Shown one piece after another: positions 38,882 to 50,100 of a DNA stretch of 64,000 nt (positions within the stretch are counted from its first letter, which is position 1; every line of letters starts with the position of its first letter). The DNA is from Podarcis pityusensis (taxonomy: Eukaryota). The position numbers and the translations under genes were made by a program. Under the pieces are notes generated by a model. The model made no database searches and was not told the origin of the DNA. It worked only from the letters and a program-made list of their open reading frames with translations. The stretch lies in NCBI GenBank assembly GCA_964106645.2, contig OZ067038.1; one strand, given 5' to 3'.

Positions 38882-41039
38882 CTAAAGAGATCCTGTTAGG
38901 GCAGCTGGGCCCACATCACAGCCTACGAACGCACCTACCTACAGATATACAATTCGCTCTTCATAAAACACGCAGGGTCAAATAGGGTGAAAACTCATTT
39001 TGCTTCCATAAACAGTAAGCTCTGCCATGGCTTTGGCAAACATCCTCCAGCATTTGTCCGTTCATATGGTTCTAACACAGAGCGAACTGTATCCTTCAGA
39101 GCAGGAATGCCTTTTACTGGGGAGGGTTTGGGACTAGGACTCCCTTATAATCCAGAGAGAAGTCATCAGTCCTGGGTTGCTCCAACTGGTGGAAGAGGCT
39201 CACAGAAGCTGAGCAGGAGGAGGAGACGGAAGGCGGCCGGACGCATCTGCGGGAAAGGCTTCCCTCTCCGCCACTCGGACCAGCTCAGTTCAGTGAGGCA
39301 AATTCAAGCACACAGAGCAGCTTGAATTAATTATTGCCAAGAAGAAAGGCTACGGCTAAGAGGGTCCCCAGGAGAAAAGCCACTATTTAAAACAAAACCC
39401 TTTGAAGATGTCGAAGTGCTTCTGTTTTATTTATTATGTCCCAGAAACCGCCTCCTCCTCCTCCTCCCGCTGTCTAGAGCGGCAGCAGCTCCAGTTCTTA
39501 ATTCCCACTAATAAGCACGTTATGGAGATTGTCGGTGGCCACATCAAGGAGATGGCTTTGAAGCTGGAAGGCAGAGCATCTTCCATCTCCCAGGCAATGC
39601 AGCGCAGCCTCTGGCATCCAAAACCGCTCTTCAAGCCCTTGGAAGTGCTACAGGCTGCTTCGGTGCCTCAAAGCTTCGCACCCCTCAGGTAGCCCCAGTG
39701 AAGGCAGCTGAAAAGCAGATGCCAGGAAATCTCTGCTCCTGGAAGAAAGAGGGTGAAGAAAAAGCCAGGGGCACTGAAGTCATGCTGAGCTTCAGTGGTG
39801 AATTCAAGGTCTGACCCTTAATGGAGTCGGCACTCCTTCTCTCCCCCCACCCCGCCCCAATTCTAGAAGTGCTGGAAGGCTGTGATAGTTGTCTGAAGCT
39901 CTGCAAAGGTATTTGAGGAAGCTAAATTAAGGGAAGACCATAAAGCTACGCCAGAAGGTGTCTTGAGGAAGCACCTAGCTGGAAGCAGGTGTCCTTTGGT
40001 GTTGGGTCTCCGGCTCCAGTTGGCCCGAGTGTCTGTTCTCCAGAGAAGACCAGTAGTGGGTAGAGCCGGCCCAGTTGCTTAAGAAGAGGGTGAGCAACAG
40101 AGGTATTTCCCCAAGTGAACTGCTGGCTGCACAGCTGAAGCAACCTGTAAAGCACTGCCAGGGACATGTTTATGCTTCTCCTAAAGAGCTGAATGGGAGG
40201 AAAATCTGAGGAAGGGCAGGAGCCAAAAGAAAGGGACGTGGTCCTAATTTATGGCGACATCCTGGAGATGGAAATGGACAGGCACGAACTCTCTAGAAAA
40301 CAGATGTTTGTGGACAGGGGGAGGAGAAACGTCTCATCCTTCCCTTTCTATTTTTCATATTGCACTCCAAGCACAAGGTTACAGCGCCTGGGTGATGCTT
40401 TGCATATTGTGGAGCACTCATTTAATGCTTATAGTTCATGACAAAAACTAAGGAAACACAGAGGTGACAGAAGGACTACAAGTTGAAAATAAGGCATGTT
40501 GTAGATCAGATGTGGTAGTCTGACTCTGCTTTTCTGTAAGTTAAGTTCCCTCTTCCTCCATCCATCCATTTTATCAATTCCTTCCTTCAGCATATTGTGA
40601 AAGTAGAGTCTGCTAATGGGGACATTTTTTTCCTAAGGTTGCTAGCTGCTGAGGGGTGGGAGGAACCTCTCTTCCAACCATGGAGAAGGAGTGAAGAAAT
40701 AAGCCTCCCTCCACACCCCGTGTTCTGGCTTCCTAGTAAGAATCACACACCCCTGTAATTCATTAGGGAAAAATAAGCTCCATCACTGTATACTACCCAT
40801 TAAATGAACATCTAGCTTGGCCCTAAGTCAGCGGGTGTCACAGACAGAAATTGGCCATGATATGAAACCCCAGCAAGCCTACTTTTCAGCAGCAACAAGT
40901 TGAAACTGTCAAGCGTATATTATGGGGTGGGGAATGTTTGTTAATCAGCACAATGTCATCAAGGCCCTTGTTGAAATAGCTGAAATCTGATCATTCCTTT
41001 GAACAGATGCAGGGAGGGGTCTTGGTAAAGCTCCTCATC

Positions 41040-41623
41040 TGCTATGGACTAGCTGGATGCGGGGGGGGGGGGGAGGGAGGCACCCCCTCCAGGGGAAGAA
41101 GGCTCAGAGCCAGGGGATTGGTGGTGGGATGACAATGAGTGGTTGGAGGGAGAAGAGGGGGGCAGACTGGGAGGAGGAGGTGTTGGAAGCTGAAGAGGTA
41201 ACAGGGTTTATTGAGCAGGAAGCGGCTGTGACAGACAGGAATCCAGAATCAGGGGCGGGGGGAGGTCAAGAGGCAAAGTGGAGGCAGGCTGCTGAAGAAG
41301 CCAGCAAAGCTCTCCCTCCATCTGTGACCAGCTCCCCTTCCCCCTGGTCTCCCAGAACAAGAAGAGGAATGAGGAGGGCGGAGCAAAGAGAGACCAGGCA
41401 GAGGAGCTGTAGGCTGATGGAGAAGGAACCTTCAGTCCTCACAACTGCTTCGTTGGGGCTAGGCCTACTGGGAAGGGTTGCTGTGACCACTAGGACTGAG
41501 CTGTTTTGATTTCTTTGAATAACTAACTTACCTAACTTACCTGACACTGGGTGTTTTGTTGCTGACCCACCCCTGAGATCAGAACTGAGGGAACTGCCCG
41601 GCACTAAGCAGACTTCTCTCACA
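41040..41623 (+). mobile_element. Probable solo LTR (Gypsy/ERV-like)
   Basis: TG...CA termini, purine-rich body, AATAAC near the 3' end, near-match 4-bp flanks catc/cctc; no internal retroelement ORF adjacent. Confidence 0.55.
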
Positions 41624-43424
41624 CCTCTGCCACCACACCCTCTGGGAAGGGCTGACTTCAGGTAGTTTCAAGGTTACGAGCAGCTGATGTGTGGGACACA
41701 GCCCATCACTGTTTCGATGATGCCGGAGACAGAATGGCCCCTGCTCTTCGAGCCAAGCTGGATCAGCTCATGTCTGTGTCCAGGCTCCCCATTCTTCCTG
41801 ATCACTCCTGTTATGGGACTGGGAGCCCATGCAGAGAGCACTTAATATGAGCAAAGCCTAATATTAACCAGCAGGCACAAATCATTGCTAAAAAAAGAGT
41901 GAGTTAGGCACAGTATATGGGCGCCTGCAATTCTGCTGCAAGTCCTAATATTTTGCTTCTAACCAGATAACCCACAAATCAAAGCAGGTCTATGTCACAT
42001 ATCACTGCCAAAGATGAAAGCCTCCAAACTGCCTGTGGCCGATACCTTGCAGGGAACTCACCGGCGCATGTGGGAACTAGCCCAGTTCTCTCTGGTTTCG
42101 TCACAAGAGATGGAGGCCCAGACTGCACGTGAAGCAGGAGACCTGCATCTTTAAAGATGGGTCTGTGTCTGCCCCTTTCATGTGGGGTGGGGTGTGATTC
42201 ATAAGGCCAAAGGGGAACATGGGTGAGGGTTCTTGGAACTCCCCCACTCGCCATCACCCCCTCCTGGAGAAATACACACACAACCTCTCTCCCAGTTTTT
42301 CTAGCAGCCAGGCTTACTCCCTGTATCAGAAGGTGACTAGAAGGAAAGTCTTTGGAGAGAGGGACTGGGGGGAGGGATGGGAGCAGTGGGCAGGCAGCTC
42401 ACAGCTCACCACTCACCTACCATTTGCCCCTTTAGATGCCACCCCACGAATGGAGCCAACCTGTGTTTAAAGATGCTGGATCACACCTCGTTCTCTTCTT
42501 CATTGCGGCTGCCTCTCCTCTCTGCCCCAACGTCTATGTGACCTCTTTCTTTCATACTGTTTGTTATCAGCACATAGCAACAGGCCTCCAAAGAGCTGGC
42601 TGCCCTGTGAAATCATCTCAGCCATGCAGCTTCAAGGATTCCAAAAGGCCTGCTGGATTATGAACGATGCCTGCCTATGAAATCATAGCCCCCAAAGCTT
42701 ATCGATAGGTGCTGTCACTGAGTGGACTGATGGTAAGCGTTAAGTTATATCCTACTTGAAAGCAGGAACAAGAATCCTGGTTGGCAGGGGAAGTGACAAG
42801 CATGAGCCTGCTTGCCGATACTGAATCGAAGAGCCAGCTGCCTGGGAAAAAACGATCTGTCCAGCTGGTGACACTAATGGCCCATCGTCAGCCCAGGGGC
42901 TTCCGATGTACAAGTAGGGGGAAACTACAAGAAAAATGCAGACAAGAGTATCAGAAGGTATAGAAGAGGAAGGAGAGGCAAAACCAGCTTCAGATTTAAG
43001 GCAGTATATCAAGTAACTTCCCTTGATTAGCTGCGTGGGTGAGAGCAAATTGTTAGCGCAAGGAAGCTCTCAAACCCAGAAGAGCAAAGGCAGTGAGATC
43101 ATTCCCACCTGAGCCGGGGTGCCTCAGACACAGATCTCATTTTTCTCTCACACCTGCCGTCCCAAAGCCCCCAGCCTGTCTGTCTCCAAGGCACAAGCAC
43201 ACAACAGAGGAGTTGTGCGAAGCCTGCCCCCCTTCAGTGGGGCCTCAGGTTTACAATGGCTTTGCAGATTAAATTCCTTGACACAATCTTCAGCACTGCG
43301 CCTCATCTCAGATTTATGTATTCAGACTTATAGCTTGCATTGTGAAGACTGTGGACCAATGAAGTTATTCCTGGCAAAAATTCTTATTTATCCTTGCAAT
43401 CAGCTTCTGAGGTAGGCCGCTATT

Positions 43425-44185
43425 AATTTCTTTTTTCTTTTCTTTTTTAAATGCTTTTTTAATTTTGCAAAAAACAATCAACAAAAACAATCCAAGATCA
43501 ATACAAATTACAAAAAGAAAAGAAAATTCATACATCACAGATTCCATTATGACTTCCGATCACCCCATCGTGTTTCCTGGGTTACATTATCAGCTGCACA
43601 CTTTCCATTGTCTCTCATAAATTGTCTCAAATTGTCTTGGTTTTCTAAAATTTCCTACTGTCATGCAGGGGTCAATCAAAACCTGCCAGAGAATTTAGAT
43701 GTTTACAATGCTCTTTTAGGTATACTCTGTAAATGTCCCATTGTCTAATAAACCTTTGTTCTGTATCATCTCTCATTCTTCCTGTCGTTTTTGCTAATTC
43801 TGTGTATTCTAGCATTTTTGCCTGCCAATCCAACTTAGTGTGAACAGATTCTCCTTTCCATCCTTTAGCTATTAAAATTCTTGCTGCATACATGAAAATT
43901 CTCCTTAGATTTTTCAGAATATCATTATTCATTATAACCAGCAGAGAGGCTTCGGGGTTTTTTGCAAAGGAAATTTCAAAAATCTTTTAAAGCTCATTGT
44001 ATATTGTTTCCCAGAATCATTTAATTTTTTTACAGTTCCACCAAATGTGGATCATCGTGCCCTCTGCCTCTCCAACAAATGCTTGGTTTTATACATTTTA
44101 GCCAGTTTTGAAGGTGTTAGATACCAATGGTAAAGCATTTTCATGAAATTCTCTTTCAGGTTATAGCACACGGTGAACTTCAAGT
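43425..44185 (-). mobile_element. L1/Tx1-clade LINE 3' fragment
   Basis: ORF2 C-terminal motifs (FMKMLYHWYLTP, HIWWNCK, FWE.IY.EL, AARILIAKGWK); poly(A) tail seen as a T-rich tract at about 43425-43460. Confidence 0.8.
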
Positions 44186-44654
44186 CTTCAAGTCACTTTG
44201 CAAACTGAACTGAAACACAGCTGACTTGCTCACTTGGTTAAAGTCAGCCGGTGAGTTCATTGGATTAATACCCAGGTTTCACAGGCCAGCTCTTAATACT
44301 CTACTAACTGGCTCTTGATTAAACCAGCAGTGACAATAAAGGTGACATGTGCCTTAATTTTTTTTCCTTTTGCATGTTGAGTAAGATGCTAGAGCATTGC
44401 AGAAAGCGTCTCGTGATTCATAGAGCCTGCTGCAGCAGGCAAACTTTGCACTCCCTGTCTTGTCAATTCCCTTAAGGCCATACCTAATTCTGCTGAGAAC
44501 CAAAAGGCAGATCCTCTTGCTATTGACATTGTCTTTATGTCTATTAGACTCTTAAAAAGTGGCTTTCAACTGGGTTCTGGAAAAGCCCTGGTGGTTCTTT
44601 GGAGGGTTCTTCATGAGAAGATTAGTAATGGCCAAGAAGCCTCCCTTAAGTTCC

Positions 44655-44787
44655 TCATAGAATCATAGAATTGTCAAGTTGGAAGGGACCCCAAGGATCA
44701 TCTATTCCAACCCCCTACAATGCAGGAATCTTTTGCCTAACATGGGGCTCGAACCCATGAACCTGAGATTAAGAGTCTATGCTACCT
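44655..44787 (-). mobile_element. tRNA-Lys-derived SINE with CR1-like tail
   Basis: Reverse-complement homologue of 47451-47595. Confidence 0.8.
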
Positions 44788-47450
44788 TGACGGTCTTCAG
44801 GAGACAAGGCAACATGGAAACATACTCCTGAAGATAAAACAGTTGAAAACCACTGATCTAGTATGACAGCCTCCCACACTCAGTTTGCATGCTTTTCGTG
44901 TTCAGTAGTTTATTTTATTTATTTAAACAAAATTAATATACTGCTTGCTTGACAGAATATCTCTTAAGTGGTTTGAATCTATCAGCACACCAACTGTGAC
45001 TTGTTTTCAAGCGACTTTACAGATAAATCTGCCCATATCCAATTCAACATAGACTCTGCCCCAACTGCGGTATCTAAGCCAGAGATATGTCAGGCTACCC
45101 TTTGCCAAAATTGCTTAGATTACTCGATCATTGGATGTCAACAGGATGCCTGGGGAATCTCGCATATCAGTCTGGAGTCCATAAGGGTTTGGAACTGAGA
45201 CCAGAGGAGCTATTCCTTGGAAGATTTCAGACTGAAAGTGGATCAAGAATAAAACCCATTCCCCTCCCCCTTCTCCCAGAATTTGAACATGAGGTTCAGC
45301 TCTGAAACAGATCCCTTTATATTAAACCAAAACATGCAGTACAAACCCCCAAAGTAAACATATTGCTTATCGCAAATACTGCAATTTTAAGAGACAGTTC
45401 AGTATTCATTCTTTGTTTTAAGTCAGGGTACTAAAAGCATTCAAGTTTAAATGGGTACCGACAGCAGTAAAGCATTCCTGTTTGCAAGGCTGGGCTTCCC
45501 TGTATTGAACACAAAAGCAGTGATCAGGAAAGACTTGTGTCCCCAAGTCTGTGTTTATCATAGGCAACCTGCATCATTCAAATTGCATATGCACCATGCA
45601 CAACTGGCAGTGCCAACACTATTTCAGTACAGGCACTTTTTCTACCCAAGTATAAAGCAGGAGCTGATTCTCGCTGTAGGAAATAACCACAGATCTAATT
45701 GCTGAAGGAGTGCTCACCTTGCTGCTTTCTGTGTAAGCTCCATGGGGAAGTCAGGGCAAAGCAGCTGCAGGAGGCAGTGGTACTCCTTGGCTGTCAAGAG
45801 GTCTGCAACAGAAAGAGAAGGCTATTATTACTATATGTGTTCATTCAGTTTATGAGTCATTTCCCACAACCATCACAGAACAACTTGCAAAAATTAAAAT
45901 AACATGACAGAATGCAGAGTTAAAAGGCAATGTCATACAGACAAGAAGGTGGGCAAAGCATAAAAGAGACTCAACCACTCAAAAGGAAGCGATTTCCATG
46001 CCAACCTGTATTTGCCACAATCAGCACCATTTCTGTTTCGCTGCAGTTCAGTTTCCAACAAGTATTTCTTTATTTACCTCACTGCCTGCTAATTAACATA
46101 AGTTATGTAACTTACCATAACATATGTAACTATTTATGTGACTTGCACAACTTGCATTCATTTCAATGTAAAGGAAATATCATAACAATCTTTAATAAGT
46201 CATCAATCACGTATCATTTGCATGGGGAGGGTGATGATGATGTGAAGGAAAACAATGGTGTTAATTCACTTGGCTGATTTCCAATTTCTGACCACAGACA
46301 AACACACCAACTGCAGCAATTTCCGCTTTCTTTTCCATTTTTGCTGGAATACGCCAACATTCCTTTATTTTTACATTTTTCTTTATGACATTATTCCAAC
46401 TAATCAAAGCAGATGACAGTTTCAAATCATTGAATCGTTTGTGAGATGAATTCACCCCTTTGCCCACACAGCTGGAGTATATTCTCTTACCATTTACCAT
46501 CTATTTATTTATTTAATAAAATTTCCAAATCCTCGACTACCCAAAAAAAATAATGGGGCTAGTGATGGCATACAGTGCACAAAGGACTTAGATCATGTTT
46601 AGAGTTTGTAGGGAGTTCCAGCATTTGGGGAGTGGAACATCTGCTTCCTTAACAGTCTAGACTCTTTGTTTCTTTATCCATAGGCTCCAAATGTTCCTTA
46701 TTTACTAACACCTCTCCTCCTGCCACCACATTGCTTTCTGCCAAAAAGAAGAATCCAAATTCTGCAAAAAAAATATGCATGTATGCAGTTTTCTGAGTTC
46801 AGTAAGCATATGTCACATTGTTTGACTTAGTATATTTTAAAAACAAGTTAGTTTTCTTATTACGGGAGCCAGATTTTCTTGCCAACAAGAGTATGAACAT
46901 GGAAAGTGACAATAGGACTTATCTTCAGTGGTATAGGTAGGCATTCCAATAGAAAAGTTGTAACAGAAAGGGCTGTAGTTGAATGGCAGATTATCAGAAT
47001 TCATCTCCAGATACAACTGGGAGAGAGAGAGACCCATCTGAAAATCCAGAGAGCTGCTTCCAGTCAATAAAAACAATATAAAGCTACATTGATAGATGGT
47101 CCGACTCAGTAAAACATGTATCACTTAATGCACAAAACTTCCCCCAAAGAACCCAGGGAAGTGCAGTTCACCCTTCACACAGCTACAATTCCCAGTACCC
47201 TTACTGAATGAGTGTTTCTGGGATTCTTTGGGGGTCATGCTTTAAATGTGCTTTACATGCATGATGTACATAAAGTCCTGAGGGCCAAATTATATGTTTC
47301 ATACAGATATATGTAAAATTAAACCAATGACCAACTTAAACAGGAAAAGTAATTTCTGGAGAGGCAATCTGGACCAGAAACGATGATGACTAAGCCTGGC
47401 CAGCCATTTCCCTGCTTCAGATCTGCCAAGTAGCTTCTCTCCTTTAGACA

Positions 47451-47595
47451 GTGAGAATAGCTCAGCTGGTACAGCAAGGGACTCTTAATCTCAGGGTTGC
47501 AGGTTTGAGCCCCACATTGGGCAAAAAGATTCCTGCATTGCAGGGGGCTAGACTAGATGACCCTCGTGGTCCCTTCCAACTCTACAATTCTTTGA
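47451..47595 (+). mobile_element. tRNA-Lys-derived SINE with CR1-like tail
   Basis: Head tagctcagctggtacagc..gactcttaatctcagggt..ggtttgagccccacattggg resembles tRNA-Lys(CTT), followed by a CR1 3' end. Confidence 0.8.
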
Positions 47596-49207
47596 ACCCT
47601 GTGAGGGTGGGGAGCTGCCCATGATGTGGGGTTGGGAAATGGTGGTCATGGATGGGGTGCACACACAGACGCTGCAAACTTCTCCGGACCTGACTGCACA
47701 CTCTTGAAACATCTTTTCTTATTTAAAAAGGGCTGTGATGGCAACATTACATGCATCTGTGTGTAATGTCTATTTTGGCCCAGTGAAGAGCCAAAAGCCC
47801 AGTGAATTAAAAGTTGCTTAAATTTGTTAAAAATCACTGGCAGGGTAACATTCGCTACCACATGCTAGGAAACCCATCCAAGCAACATCTGGCAGCATTA
47901 GGAAAGGCAAACAAGATCTAGGGGCATGTATGAAGAAGTATGGAGCACAAACCCACAGGCATTATTACTTTGGCATCCAGCGAGGCAGCTGGATGGCCTC
48001 TTTTGTAATTGTGTGTGCAAATCTGGTCACTATATTAAAGGAAGGCAGAGAGACCAGATCCAAAATACACAAGACAGCCAACCCAATGATTCATCTCTTA
48101 GGGAGCCGCTTTGTGAGAGGCTGGCAGAGAACGGCCTCTGTGGCTCAGAAGTGGGGCAGGGGGAGAGACGAAAGAGGTGAAGCTCAGGGAGGTTTATGGG
48201 ATCTAAGGAGAATGGAAACATACTGATGTCAAAAAGCTGCTCATGATTGCATGTTCCCTGTCCAAAAGCTTGTGGACTGAAGTTAAGGAGAGGACTGGCT
48301 GAACAACAGTAATTTTGCTGTATTTCTATATGCAGAAGAATGCAAAGTATGGAAGAAAAGCCAGTAGTAGAACGAGGGCCAGGCTGGAAGCAGGCAGGCA
48401 GGATCCAAAGTGAACTCAGCGGGAGGACAGGGCTGGAAGGAACTTGGGTCACTCAGTTAGCCCTCTATAGCTCGTCCATTTTCTCACTCCAGTGTTCCAT
48501 TAATGCACTTGGGATCCAAAGAGGTCAAGTCATGTGAACAGAATGTTTACGTGTGTGCACATGGAGCTAGCCAGCTTTCCCTTCTGTCTGCAGTACATGG
48601 TGCCTCATTCAACAATGCTCTAGCACATGGCGGTCCAAATTTTCATACTAAGTGGGCCACAAGAGTCCTTTGTCACAGAATCTGTGGTTTGCACACTGCC
48701 TTGTCACATAGGGGGAGCCAGGCCAAAATTTGACACACACACACACACACCCTTCACCAGTCCTTGCACTGCCTTGCCAAAGACAGCTAAGCAAGGCATT
48801 GGGCTCTGGGAAGAAGGCATGAGGCTCTGGGAGGGTCCTAGAGCCCTCCCATCTCCTTCCCAAAGGAGGTGGAAGGACTCCAGCACCCTGTCTGAACACT
48901 CACGTCTCCTCCCCAAGGCCCACCACCTTGCTTCAAATGTTGCTGAGAGGCCACCCTGCTCTAGAGGAACTCTAGACATGTAAGAGCATCTTTTCAGCAG
49001 AAGGGCCATGGGAGTGGAGTAGGCTGGGAGGTCCTGGAAAACTGATGGTGCAATGCTATTGGGGTCCTCACCTATATTTCCAGTCAATATTTCACCTATA
49101 TTTCCACAAATCATGGGATTTTTCTGTTTCACAATGTACTCTATTATAGTACTCACAATTTTCCCCATTGTTGTTGAGACTTGACATACTCACAGCACAG
49201 CCATATA

Positions 49208-49285
49208 CAGTGGTACCTCAGGTTACATACGCTTCAGGTTACAGACCTCCAGAATGAATTAAGTTCTTAACCCGAAGTACCACTG
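49208..49285. mobile_element. Internally deleted 78-bp copy of the same mariner MITE
   Basis: Both TIRs and the TA TSD are retained; the centre is missing. Confidence 0.85.
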
Positions 49286-50060
49286 TATAGATGGAATTTT
49301 GAGTTAGTTCACAAGAGCCAGAGTATAAGATCCTTCTCATGGCAGCATTCTGCTTCCCTTCCATTCAACCTGTATTCGCTTATAGCAGTAAATGGAAGGG
49401 GACTGAGATCTCTTCTGTTGCAGACCTGGAAGATGGGGCTTTTCCTTCTCCAGCTCTGTTCTCTCTCTTGGGGATTGTGTTGTTTGTACTCCAGTTGTCC
49501 CTCCAAACTTTCAGTGCTGAATTTTAATCAACAGACATTTCCTGGGTTCCTGTGACTGCTCAAAGCGGCCATGACTGAGGAGCCTGAAAATCTGACACCA
49601 TCTCAAGGAAGGCGAAGGAGGGGGGAGTTCTACTGCCCTAACAAAGTTTATAGAAACAGGTGTGGTTCTGCGACAGGTGTGGTTCTCCCCCCCCCCCAAG
49701 CAGCAGCTGTGTGTGTTTATGTATTATCATATGCTGAATGCTAATTCCTGGGGACTGGTTCTCAGTAAAATGATATCAAAGAACTTTCCTTTAGCTTCAT
49801 TGCTGTTCCCAGTTTTGAGAGTTTTTTGTTTTGTTTTAATTCTCAGAGGTGTAGAAACTTCTTATCGAGAAAAATGCACACTGGACCTTCTTCTGAGGAG
49901 CACAAGACAACAAAATGCTAAATGCTCCTTTCTTTATGGATGTGGGGAAAGATGCACAAAAACACTTGCAAGCTGCAGTCCTGCTCTCTTTCCTTGTAAA
50001 GTTGTTTTGTGAACCGCCAAGACCTCTGGGTATAGGGCAGTATATACATTCAATAAACAT

Positions 50061-50061
<1 letters not shown>

Positions 50062-50100
<39 letters not shown>
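50062..50100. repeat. (CAA)13 microsatellite
   Basis: Direct read; follows a short retroelement-like 3' end. Confidence 0.95.

Noticed and set aside
41057-41509. 150-aa Glu/Gly-rich ORF
   Set aside because: Lies within a purine-rich probable solo LTR; no domain recognised.
47451-47525. tRNA-Lys(CTT) gene
   Set aside because: Degenerate stems and B box, fused to a CR1 tail and present in three copies, so it is a SINE head.
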